A stretch of DNA of 30,472 nt from a bacterium (lineage in GTDB: Bacteria; Bdellovibrionota; JAFGOL01). The notes beneath the pieces are model-generated. The model had not been told where the DNA came from. It worked only from the letters and a program-made list of their open reading frames with translations, and searched no databases. The DNA is taken from contig JBAXXF010000001.1 of assembly GCA_037128035.1 (NCBI GenBank), positions 1 through 30,472 on the forward strand, in the 5' to 3' direction. Both the position numbers and the translations under genes were made by a program. Positions 8,468-16,931 of this stretch are shown here, in pieces. Position 1 is the stretch's first letter; the number at the start of each line of letters is the position of its first letter.

Positions 8468-9697
8468 ATGGCAAGAAACAATGACATAATTGTAGGTTTA
8501 GATCTTGGAACAACAAAGATCTGCGCGCTAGTAGGAAAGGTTAGGGATAATGGAATAGATATAATCGGTATCGGGTCCAGCCCGTCCAGTGGGATAAAGA
8601 AAGGTATCATCGTCGATATAGATGCCGCAATTGAAGCCACAAGGTACGCCATAAAAGAGGCGGAGCTTATGTCTGGCTACAAGATAGATAATGTGTATGC
8701 CGGTATCTCCGGCAGTCATGTTAGCAGTTTCAACGACGAGGGAATGTGTGCCTTAAAAGGTCAAACAGTAACACAAAAACATATTGATAGAGCTATAGAG
8801 GTAGCTCAAACAACAAAGATGGATCCCAACCGTCATGTCCTCCACGTTATTCCGCGCCAGTTCATAATAGATGGACAGAGAGGAATAAAAAGCCCGATAG
8901 GGATGTCCGGTCAAAGATTAGAATCGATGGTCCATATAGTTACAGCTAATGCGGCGTCTGTTGATAATATAAGACGCTGTGCAGAAAGAGCTGGGGTTTA
9001 CGTTAGTGAGATAGTCCTAGAGACAATAGCATCAAGCTATGCAGTCCTTTCTGAAGATGAGAAAGAACTTGGCGTAGCGCTTCTGGATATAGGTGGCGGT
9101 ACCAGCGATCTTACAATGTTCTATGAAGGTAGCGTTGTCTATTCAGCAGTAATACCTATAGGTGGTAATCATATAACCCAAGATATCGCGCAATGTCTTA
9201 GAACACCGCCGTACGCAGCAGAAGAGCTAAAGAAAAGTTACGGATATGCCCTTGCCAGTATGGTTGAAAGGGATTCGTATGTAGATATACCAGTAGTCGG
9301 TGGAAGGGGTTCACAGAATATCCCTAAGAACCTTCTTGCAGAAGTAATAGAAGCAAGAATGAAAGAGACACTGACCATTATAAACAGTGAACTTAAAAAG
9401 AGCGAATATTATCAGTTATTCTCTTCCGGTATAGTTTTGACAGGAGGAACGTCCCTGTTAAAAGGCATTGTAGAGTTATCAGATATGATCTTTGATATGC
9501 CTGTAAGAAAAGGTTGTCCTACTAATTTTGGAGGACTTAAGAACATAGTTCAGAACCCTATCTATTCTACGGCTGTTGGATTGATAATACATGGAAGCAG
9601 ATCAGAAAGACCGACGAGCAGGTTCGTAACAAAGGGAAAAGGCTTTTATGACAAGGTTAGGAACAACATGCAAATATGGTATGAGGAATTATTTTAA
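8468..9697 (+). CDS. ftsA: cell division protein FtsA
   Basis: Motifs GLDLGTTKI, LDIGGGTSD and GIVLTGG; lies upstream of ftsZ. Confidence 0.97.
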   Translation: MARNNDIIVGLDLGTTKICALVGKVRDNGIDIIGIGSSPSSGIKKGIIVDIDAAIEATRYAIKEAELMSGYKIDNVYAGISGSHVSSFNDEGMCALKGQTVTQKHIDRAIEVAQTTKMDPNRHVLHVIPRQFIIDGQRGIKSPIGMSGQRLESMVHIVTANAASVDNIRRCAERAGVYVSEIVLETIASSYAVLSEDEKELGVALLDIGGGTSDLTMFYEGSVVYSAVIPIGGNHITQDIAQCLRTPPYAAEELKKSYGYALASMVERDSYVDIPVVGGRGSQNIPKNLLAEVIEARMKETLTIINSELKKSEYYQLFSSGIVLTGGTSLLKGIVELSDMIFDMPVRKGCPTNFGGLKNIVQNPIYSTAVGLIIHGSRSERPTSRFVTKGKGFYDKVRNNMQIWYEELF

Positions 9698-9712
9698 CAC
9701 GGGGGAGACAAC

Positions 9713-11077
9713 ATGTTCGAACTAGACGATAGGGCAGCGGTTGGCGCAAAAATAAAGGTCGTTGGTATAGGTGGCGGTGGCGGAAATGCTGTTAACACCA
9801 TGATAGCGTCCGGTCTTTGTGGCGTCGAATTCATAGTTGCCAACACAGACAAACAATCCCTAGAAAAAAGTAAAGCCTCATTCAAGATACAGTTGGGACC
9901 AAAGACGACAAAGGGACTTGGGGCCGGTGGAAATCCTGAAGTCGGTAGAGCGGCGGCCATTGAAGATGAAGAAGAACTTAGAGCGGTCCTTGGTGACGCT
10001 GATATGATATTCATAACTGCCGGTATGGGCGGTGGAACAGGTACGGGGGCGGCTCCTATAATCGCAAAGGTAGCAAGGGATATAGGCGCTCTTACTGTTG
10101 GTGTTGTTACAAAACCATTCCTTTTTGAAGGAAAGAAAAGACAAAAACAAGCAGAAGTAGGTCTTGAAGAGCTTAGAAAGTACGTCGATACATTAATAAC
10201 CATTCCGAACGAAAGGATAAGGAGCATAATAGGCAGAGAGACTTCCTTTGTTGATGCGTTCAAGAAAGTCGACGAGGTTTTACTGCATGCTGTAAGAGGT
10301 ATCTCCGACCTTATAAATAAGTCAGGTTACATAAATTTGGATTTTGCAGATATAAAATCAGTCATGAAAAATAACAGGGGTGTAGCTCTTGTTGGTCTTG
10401 GAAGCGGGATAGGCGAAGACAAAGCAAGAAAGGCAGCTAATGCCGCTATGACCTCACCTCTTCTTGGAAACATAAGGATAGAGGGTGCAACAGGCCTGAT
10501 CCTTAACATAACGATAGGCCCTAACATGTCTATGGACGATGTTATGAAAGGCGCCGCTTATGTTACAGAAGCCGCAGGAGAGAACGCAGATGTTAAGTTC
10601 GGTGTTGTTACCGATGAAGAAATGGGCGATGAGATGAGAATGACCGTTGTTGCAACTGGATTTAGTTCTCTGATAGACGACGGACTTACAACTACAACAA
10701 CTACGGTAGAGACCGCAACTATCAATGTAACTACAAGCCCTAGCATAAGTTCTGGTCTAAGCACAAAGGCTAGTACGATCATAAAAGAGAATACGAATGT
10801 TATTACGGTTACAGAGGAACTTGCTCCTAGCCCTTTTATAGATCTTGATGATAATGATGTTCCAGCGCCGGTACTTGTCCAGCATACTGCAGCCAAAGTA
10901 GAGACCATCAAAACGGAGACTACAAAAGTAGATGACTCAAAAGCTACTGATGATCTTTTTGATGCTGCTGCAGCAAGAAGGGACACAGGCGTGAGAAGGG
11001 ATAAAAAACCTAATTATACCGACGAAGATTACCTTGATATACCACCCTATCTGAGGAATCAGAACAGGGCAGGCTAG
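9713..11077 (+). CDS. ftsZ: cell division protein FtsZ with a long Thr-rich linker
   Basis: Motifs GGGGGNA, ANTD and GGGTGTG; C-terminal peptide DYLDIPPYLR; GGGGAG RBS. Confidence 0.98.
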   Translation: MFELDDRAAVGAKIKVVGIGGGGGNAVNTMIASGLCGVEFIVANTDKQSLEKSKASFKIQLGPKTTKGLGAGGNPEVGRAAAIEDEEELRAVLGDADMIFITAGMGGGTGTGAAPIIAKVARDIGALTVGVVTKPFLFEGKKRQKQAEVGLEELRKYVDTLITIPNERIRSIIGRETSFVDAFKKVDEVLLHAVRGISDLINKSGYINLDFADIKSVMKNNRGVALVGLGSGIGEDKARKAANAAMTSPLLGNIRIEGATGLILNITIGPNMSMDDVMKGAAYVTEAAGENADVKFGVVTDEEMGDEMRMTVVATGFSSLIDDGLTTTTTTVETATINVTTSPSISSGLSTKASTIIKENTNVITVTEELAPSPFIDLDDNDVPAPVLVQHTAAKVETIKTETTKVDDSKATDDLFDAAAARRDTGVRRDKKPNYTDEDYLDIPPYLRNQNRAG

Positions 11078-11535
11078 TAAAAGTTATAGATAAGATCAGC
11101 TATCTCAGTTAAGCCTTTTTCATCTTCTTCATCAAAGGAGTTAAGTTCTGTGCTATCTACGTCCAGCACAGCCACTATTGCACCGTCCTTATTTTTTACG
11201 GGGATAACTACCTCTGATTGAGAACGACTGTCGCAGGCTATGTGTCCTGGGAATTTATGCACGTCAGGAACAAGCAATGACTTTTTACCATCTATTGCGG
11301 CCCAGCATACGCCAGTATGTTTTTTTAGTATTATGCAGGCTATTGCACCTTGATATGGTCCGACGATCAATTCTCCATCAACTAGCCTATAAAAGCCGGT
11401 CCATGAAAAGTACTTAAATTTATTGTGTAGAAGGGAGGCCGCCGTAGCCATCTTACTAATGGGATCGCTAGGAGCAAAGAACAGTTCTTTTAACTGTTCT
11501 CGTACTCTTTGATAACGCTCTGACTTTGAAGACAT
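11074..11535 (-). CDS. msrC: GAF-domain free methionine-R-sulfoxide reductase-like protein
   Basis: Motifs WTGFY, GPYQG..AC, GVC, PGHIACD, SEVVIP and VLDVDS; three Cys retained. Confidence 0.85.
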   Translation of the reverse strand: MSSKSERYQRVREQLKELFFAPSDPISKMATAASLLHNKFKYFSWTGFYRLVDGELIVGPYQGAIACIILKKHTGVCWAAIDGKKSLLVPDVHKFPGHIACDSRSQSEVVIPVKNKDGAIVAVLDVDSTELNSFDEEDEKGLTEIADLIYNFY

Positions 11536-11538
11536 CTA

Positions 11539-13164
11539 TTACCCCATAAAAGGATATTCAAACTTCTTCGCTGGTACAAAGGTCTCTTTTATAGCTCTTG
11601 GGCTTACCCATCTTATAAGGTTAAGATAACTTCCTGCCTTATCGTTGGTCCCGCTCGCCCTTGCTCCACCAAATGGCTGCTGTCCTACAACAGCACCTGT
11701 AGGTTTGTCGTTGATATAGAAGTTACCCGCGGAGTTCTCAAGTCTGTCCGTCAGGTATGTGATCATGTTCCTATCTGTAGCAAAGATGCCGCCTGTTAAA
11801 GCATAAGGACTTGTTGTGTCTAAAAGTTCCAGCGTCTTATCAAGAGCGTTGTCCGGATAAACATATATCGTCATTACTGGACCAAAGATCTCTTCTTCCA
11901 TTGTTTTGAATTTAGGGTTTGTTGTCTCTATTATAGTAGGCTGTACAAAATAACCCTTGCTGTCATTACATTCACCACCGCAGATTATCTTTGCATCCTT
12001 TGAGTCCTTTGCAAAATCTATGTATGACTTTATGTTATCAAAGGAGCTCTTGTCTATTACAGCACCCATAAAATTAGAATAATCCAATACGTCGCCCATT
12101 TTGATCTTGGCGACTTCCTCTATAAGTCTTTTCTTTATAGCAGGCCACAGGGATTCTGATATGTAGGCTCTACTTGCTGCAGAACATTTTTGTCCCTGGA
12201 ATTCAAATGATCCTCTAACGATCGCGGTCACAACATCCTCAACATGTGCATCACGGTATGCGAATACAAAGTCCTTTCCACCTGTTTCGCCGACTATCCT
12301 TGGATAGTACTTATAGTTGTTAATGTTCTCTCCAATGGTTTTCCACATGGATTTGAACACGCTTGTAGATCCTGTAAAATGTACTCCTGCAAACTCTGGG
12401 CTTGCAAAAACAGATCCGCCGATCTCTGAACCTTTACCAGGGATGTAGTTAATTACACCTTTTGGAAGTCCAGCTTCCATTAATAGCTTCATTAGATAAT
12501 ATGAACTTAGTATAGAAGAACTTGCTGGTTTCCAAAGAACAACGTTGCCCATCATTGCGGGAGCTGTTGGGAGGTTCCCTGCTATGGACGTAAAGTTGAA
12601 AGGGGTTATTGCAAAAACAAAGCCTTCTAGCGCTCTGTGTTCCAGCTTATTCCATGTGCCAGGCAAGCTCTCAGGTTGTTCAGAATATACCTGTTGCATA
12701 TAGTGAGGGTTAAATCTCCAGAAATCTATCAACTCACAAGCGGAATCTATCTCTGCCTGTAACACCGTTTTTGACTGTCCAAGCATAGTTGATGCGTTAA
12801 GCACATATCTATATGGTCCTGCAAGAAGGTCAGCCGCTTTTAAGAATATTGCAGCTCTATCGCTCCAATGCATTTTAGACCAGGCCTTTCTTGCTTCAAG
12901 TGCCGCCTTTATAGCAGCGTCAGCCTCTTTTTTGCCGGCCTTGTGATAATATCCCAATATCTTTGAATGATCGTGAGGGCATCTTATCTCTTCCTTGTTA
13001 TTGGTCCTTACTTCTTCACCATTTATTATAAGGGGAACATCCACCATCTTGGAAAGCTGGATCTTTAGTTCCTCTGTGATCGCTTTTCTTTCTGGGGAGT
13101 TAGGAGCGTAATTCAATACTGGTTCATTCTTTGGGAAAGGAATCTTAATTGAACTGTTATTCAT
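11539..13164 (-). CDS. pruA: L-glutamate gamma-semialdehyde (P5C) dehydrogenase
   Basis: Motifs NEPV..Y, EIDSACELIDF, ITPFNFT, FTGST, GETGGK, FQGQKCSA and EEIFGP. Start moved to the ATG at 13164, behind a GGAGGG RBS. Confidence 0.95.
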   Translation of the reverse strand: MNNSSIKIPFPKNEPVLNYAPNSPERKAITEELKIQLSKMVDVPLIINGEEVRTNNKEEIRCPHDHSKILGYYHKAGKKEADAAIKAALEARKAWSKMHWSDRAAIFLKAADLLAGPYRYVLNASTMLGQSKTVLQAEIDSACELIDFWRFNPHYMQQVYSEQPESLPGTWNKLEHRALEGFVFAITPFNFTSIAGNLPTAPAMMGNVVLWKPASSSILSSYYLMKLLMEAGLPKGVINYIPGKGSEIGGSVFASPEFAGVHFTGSTSVFKSMWKTIGENINNYKYYPRIVGETGGKDFVFAYRDAHVEDVVTAIVRGSFEFQGQKCSAASRAYISESLWPAIKKRLIEEVAKIKMGDVLDYSNFMGAVIDKSSFDNIKSYIDFAKDSKDAKIICGGECNDSKGYFVQPTIIETTNPKFKTMEEEIFGPVMTIYVYPDNALDKTLELLDTTSPYALTGGIFATDRNMITYLTDRLENSAGNFYINDKPTGAVVGQQPFGGARASGTNDKAGSYLNLIRWVSPRAIKETFVPAKKFEYPFMG

Positions 13165-13289
13165 GGTTTGTCGCCCTCCGAACATAATTTCTATTAGAAG
13201 TAGCAAAATAGTCAACTGGTTTATGGCGAAAACCATCCAGCATTTGTAGCGTTTTTGAAACTGCCCAGCGGCCGTGTGCGCCTTTGCGC

Positions 13290-13305
13290 TGGCATCACTT
13301 TTGCT
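13290..13305 (+). promoter_or_regulatory. sigma54 (-24/-12) promoter
   Basis: TGGCATCACTTTTGCT has GG at 13291-13292 and GC at 13303-13304 with the exact GG-N10-GC spacing; predicted +1 near 13316. Confidence 0.7.
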
Positions 13306-13318
13306 AAAGCCTCATAAT

Positions 13319-14530
13319 ATGAGAACGCCGCCTTTTGTACAAGTCTGGAGCAATAATAAGAGGAAAAGGTTCTACGTCTTTAAGGACGAAAGGATCTATT
13401 TCAACGATGAGGCTTTTTATTCATCAGCTGCGGATGAAGAACACCTATGCTCAATGGTCTTTAAGATACAGGACGGAGGGATGAGCATAGAAGCTGATGA
13501 TGAGGAGTTCCTATTGCTGGCCGGAGCAAGAAGAAAGAAAATAGTAGTGAATACTCCTGTGTTCTTGAATTTCAAGAACCACGACTTTTTTGTAGATAAT
13601 GTAGGAGATAAAGACGATGAATTCCATTTTACGGGTCTTAACTTGGGAGAGGAATTTAGCAATGCTCTGATGTATTCAAGGAGTGATAATGTTGTCTTTA
13701 TTGTAGGTGATACAGGAACAGGCAAAGAAATATTGGCAAAGAACATGCATTACAATAGTCCAAGAAGGCATGAACCTTTTATGGTCTTTAATTGTGCCTC
13801 CTTTGACGACGGAGTTGCAGAGACAGAATTGTTCGGTAACATAAAGGGCGCTTTCACGAGTGCAATGCATGTTTCCAAGGGTGCTTTCATGAACGCTGGC
13901 AGAGGCACTCTTGTCTTGGATGAAATAGCTTGCCTGCCTCTTGATGTGCAACCCATGTTGCTTAGGGCTATAGAACTTAACGAGGTAAAAGCCGTTGGCT
14001 CAGACACTATAAGGGAACATAAGGCTAGGTTGATCGTGACATCAAGCATAGCTCCAAGGGATCTGCTGAGAATGGGCAAGATGCGAGAGGATCTCTTTTA
14101 CAGGATAGAGGCTTGCACGGTATATTTATCAGAACTTAGAAAGAAAAAGGACAAGATCATAGAGCTTGCCGAGTTCTTTTTGGACGACGGGTACAAGCTG
14201 TCAGACGATGTAAAAAAATCTCTGCTCAAATATGACTGGCCAGGCAATATAAGGGAACTCAAGAGTGTGATGGAAAGAGCTGTCTTGCTAAGCAAACTGC
14301 AGGGCGCTTATGAGCTAAAGCATGTGAAACTAAATAACCATAACGATCTGTCACGTTGCAATATTCAAGATCCCTCGGCAATATTCAATTTTAAAGATTC
14401 AGAAAAAGAAAATATAAGAAAAGCTCTCGTGCGACACTCATGGAACCTAGGGCAAGCAAGTAAGGCCCTGGACATATGCAAAAGTACCTTGCTGTGTAAG
14501 ATCAAAGAATACGGCCTGGCTAAATATTAA
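13319..14530 (+). CDS. sigma54-dependent enhancer-binding protein with a degenerate FHA-like N-terminus
   Basis: Walker A GDTGTGKE, ELFG..KGAFTSA, Walker B LDEI, REDLFYRI, WPGNIREL and a Fis-type HTH. Start moved to the ATG at 13319. Confidence 0.9.
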   Translation: MRTPPFVQVWSNNKRKRFYVFKDERIYFNDEAFYSSAADEEHLCSMVFKIQDGGMSIEADDEEFLLLAGARRKKIVVNTPVFLNFKNHDFFVDNVGDKDDEFHFTGLNLGEEFSNALMYSRSDNVVFIVGDTGTGKEILAKNMHYNSPRRHEPFMVFNCASFDDGVAETELFGNIKGAFTSAMHVSKGAFMNAGRGTLVLDEIACLPLDVQPMLLRAIELNEVKAVGSDTIREHKARLIVTSSIAPRDLLRMGKMREDLFYRIEACTVYLSELRKKKDKIIELAEFFLDDGYKLSDDVKKSLLKYDWPGNIRELKSVMERAVLLSKLQGAYELKHVKLNNHNDLSRCNIQDPSAIFNFKDSEKENIRKALVRHSWNLGQASKALDICKSTLLCKIKEYGLAKY

Positions 14531-14554
14531 AAACTAATTATATGTTCAGACGTC

Positions 14555-16108
14555 TTATCTAGGAGCTTTCCTCTTATCCAGGCCGTATTTTTCGACCTTG
14601 GAGATCAAGCTCGCTCTGCTTATTCCAAGGGTCTTTGCCAACTTGGACTTATTCCAGTTGTTGTTCTTTAGACCGTCGGAGATAAGGTCGCGTTCTAGGG
14701 ATTCTATGGCATCTTTTAGTCTGCCGCTATATCTTGATGTTTTCTTAGGGTCAGGGTTGTTGCTAGTAGTTATTCTTTCAGACAGCATCTCTGCTTCTAC
14801 TATTACATCATCGCCTGCAAGAACTATCAGCCTTTCTATCTCGTTCTCAAGTTCTCTTATGTTACCAGGCCAGTTATGTTCCATAAGTTTGGCCAAAAGT
14901 TTTTTAGAAAGTTTCTTTTTTGGAAGTCCTGTCTCTTTGTGATGCTTTTCTATAAAGTAATCAGCAAGTAGAGGGATGTCCTCTTTCCTGTCCCTTAGAG
15001 GAGGAACAGTGATGTTGATAACGTTTATCCTGTAATATAGGTCTTCTCTGAATTCACCCTTTGCTATCATTTCTTTTATGTTTTTATTTGTTGCCGCGAT
15101 TATCCTTACGTCGACTTTTCTTGGCTCCGTTGAACCAACAGGGATAAACGTTCCTTCCTGTAGGACCCTCAAGATCTTGACCTGCATAGAAAGTGTCATG
15201 TCGCCTATCTCGTCCAAGAAGAAGGTACCGCCGTTAGCTATCTCAAAAAGACCTTTCTTGTCCTTTACCGCTCCAGTAAAAGATCCCTTTGCGTGCCCGA
15301 ATAGTTCTGATTCAAGAAGGTTATCGTTGAACGCGGAACAGTTCTGCACTACGAACACCTTTTCTTTTCTAGGTGAATTATAGTGGATAGCCTTTGCTAT
15401 AAGTTCTTTTCCTGTTCCGTTCTCACCCTGTATAAGTACGGTGCTGGTGCTGTGTTTTATTTTTTCTAATAGGTTGTATAGGTCCTGCATTACAGAACTC
15501 TTACCTATCATGTTCTCATAACGATATCTTGTTCCTAGTTCCTTGTTCAACTGTGAGATTTTGTTCTCTCTGGAGGATATTTCTTCATGTAATGTTTCTA
15601 TTTCACTTCCAACAAGTTCTACAAGCTCATCAAAATACACAAGCTGATCTTTTAAGATGATCTTTGTGTGTCCTAGTCCAGCCTCTATTTCTTTAGAGGT
15701 GTAACCAAAGTCCCTTAGTACTTTGTATAGTTTCTCTTTGTCCTTTTCTGATGTCTTTTCTGTGAAGAAGGAAGTCGCAAAAACTATCCCGGAAAAACTT
15801 TCATCCAAAAATATTGGGACAACAAAACTTGATAGACCTGTGTCTGCCCAGGTGTGATAGAACTTTTTATCCGTCTTTGCTTCTTTTATAACGCTTCTGC
15901 ATGCGTCCGTAAGAAGATCTAAGCCTCTTGGGCTCTTCATTATCATATTGAACAATTTGTTCTCAAAGGTGGGAATATTGGCCCGGTCAATGTTCTTAAC
16001 ATTACCGTTTTCGTCTGCAAAAATTATTTCTGCATTCCACCAGTGTCCAACTATTGTCCTGAGCTTTTTTATAACTCGTAGACTCTCAAAATCTTCCCAG
16101 TTAAGCAT
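14555..16108 (-). CDS. sigma54-dependent enhancer-binding protein with an N-terminal PocR-like sensor domain
   Basis: Motifs GENGTGKE, ESELFGHAKGSFTGA, FFLDEIG, FREDLYYRIN, WPGNIRELEN and an HTH. The N-terminus shows a PocR/GAF-like pattern (TGL..FVVPI.L....GIV) followed by a coiled coil. AAGGAG RBS. Confidence 0.93.
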   Translation of the reverse strand: MLNWEDFESLRVIKKLRTIVGHWWNAEIIFADENGNVKNIDRANIPTFENKLFNMIMKSPRGLDLLTDACRSVIKEAKTDKKFYHTWADTGLSSFVVPIFLDESFSGIVFATSFFTEKTSEKDKEKLYKVLRDFGYTSKEIEAGLGHTKIILKDQLVYFDELVELVGSEIETLHEEISSRENKISQLNKELGTRYRYENMIGKSSVMQDLYNLLEKIKHSTSTVLIQGENGTGKELIAKAIHYNSPRKEKVFVVQNCSAFNDNLLESELFGHAKGSFTGAVKDKKGLFEIANGGTFFLDEIGDMTLSMQVKILRVLQEGTFIPVGSTEPRKVDVRIIAATNKNIKEMIAKGEFREDLYYRINVINITVPPLRDRKEDIPLLADYFIEKHHKETGLPKKKLSKKLLAKLMEHNWPGNIRELENEIERLIVLAGDDVIVEAEMLSERITTSNNPDPKKTSRYSGRLKDAIESLERDLISDGLKNNNWNKSKLAKTLGISRASLISKVEKYGLDKRKAPR

Positions 16109-16150
16109 TGTAGGCTCTCCTTGTATTTTCTTTTTACACTGATGGATACA

Positions 16151-16178
16151 ATTTTAACACTGTATAAAGTTTTGTCAA
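16151..16178 (-). promoter_or_regulatory. sigma70 promoter for the PocR-type activator
   Basis: TTGACA (16178-16173), a 16-bp spacer and TAAAAT (16156-16151) with an extended TGn. Confidence 0.7.
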
Positions 16179-16200
16179 AAAAGATGTAAAGATAATGTAC

Positions 16201-16231
16201 AAAAACGACAGAAGGCTGGCCTGCTTTTGTC
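16201..16231 (-). terminator. possible intrinsic terminator after the PIG-L deacetylase
   Basis: GACAAAAG/CTTCTGTC stem with one mismatch, then a T5 tract. The gene ends in a triple stop, TAG TAA TAA. Confidence 0.4.
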
Positions 16232-16247
16232 TAATTAGCTGTTATTA

Positions 16248-16922
16248 CTATAATTTCATGAATAATTCTGCGTATTCCATCTTGTTCTTTGCGTTTATGG
16301 CATGAAAGACCGCGTTATATCTGTTCTTTGCTATGATCCCCTCATCAAAAGGGGTTATTGAACACTGACTCTTGTGGCAGCTTACGGCTGATAGCTTTCT
16401 TTTATAATATGGGCTTATGTCGACAAAAATAGTTTCTTCGTCCACGGGGATAGAATCCCAGGTCTCATATGCATAAAGCTCAGAGCTCATGCGTCTAGCT
16501 TTGATAGTCTCTAAACTTAGTTTTGTCACAGCCTTGTGTGTTGGATGCCTATCGTTTGGGTAAGGCATGTATATCTCGTCAAATTTCTTTCTGTCCAGCA
16601 CCTTGCCGAGCTCCTGCATGTAGTTCTCAGGGTTCTCAAAAAGGTCAGAACTGTTAAAATCCAGGAACACTTGATCTGCCTGGTGTGGATTATCAAGAAG
16701 CATTTGAAGGCTGGTCTGAGCCTCTATCTTTCTGATCTTTATCATCTCCTCGCTGGCCATTTCCTTATAAGGGCCTTCTTTTACACTGCCTCCGCCGTTA
16801 GTGACGTAGAGTATTGTAAAATTACAGCCTTCGTGGGCCTTTATGACTATAGTACCACCCATGCCTATTACGTCGTCATCAGGGTGCGGGGAAATTATTA
16901 GGATATTCTTTTTATCGCTCAT
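16248..16922 (-). CDS. PIG-L/LmbE family N-acetyl-sugar deacetylase
   Basis: Motifs SPHPDDD..GMGGT, R..EA, DRHPTH and K..A...HKSQ. Confidence 0.88.
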   Translation of the reverse strand: MSDKKNILIISPHPDDDVIGMGGTIVIKAHEGCNFTILYVTNGGGSVKEGPYKEMASEEMIKIRKIEAQTSLQMLLDNPHQADQVFLDFNSSDLFENPENYMQELGKVLDRKKFDEIYMPYPNDRHPTHKAVTKLSLETIKARRMSSELYAYETWDSIPVDEETIFVDISPYYKRKLSAVSCHKSQCSITPFDEGIIAKNRYNAVFHAINAKNKMEYAELFMKL

Positions 16923-16931
16923 AGTGCAAAA

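Noticed and set aside
8439-8516. N-terminal extensions in the ORF track (ftsQ 8516, metK 5347, pruA 13236, activator 13274, lipoprotein 22331, membrane ORF 2736)
   Set aside because: They overlap promoters or neighbouring genes; downstream ATGs fit the RBS, promoter or homology better.
10558-10986. 142-aa antisense ORF over the ftsZ linker
   Set aside because: It mirrors low-complexity Thr/Val codons, has no RBS and no recognisable motifs.
13165-13260. sigma54 promoter for pruA (RocR/rocA-like regulation)
   Set aside because: There is no GG-N10-GC on the minus strand; only a sigma70-like TTGACT with a weak -10 is present.
16217-16231. TGGCCTGCTTTTGT as a second sigma54 site
   Set aside because: The spacing is wrong, it lacks the GC at -12, and it points into the 3' end of an antisense gene.
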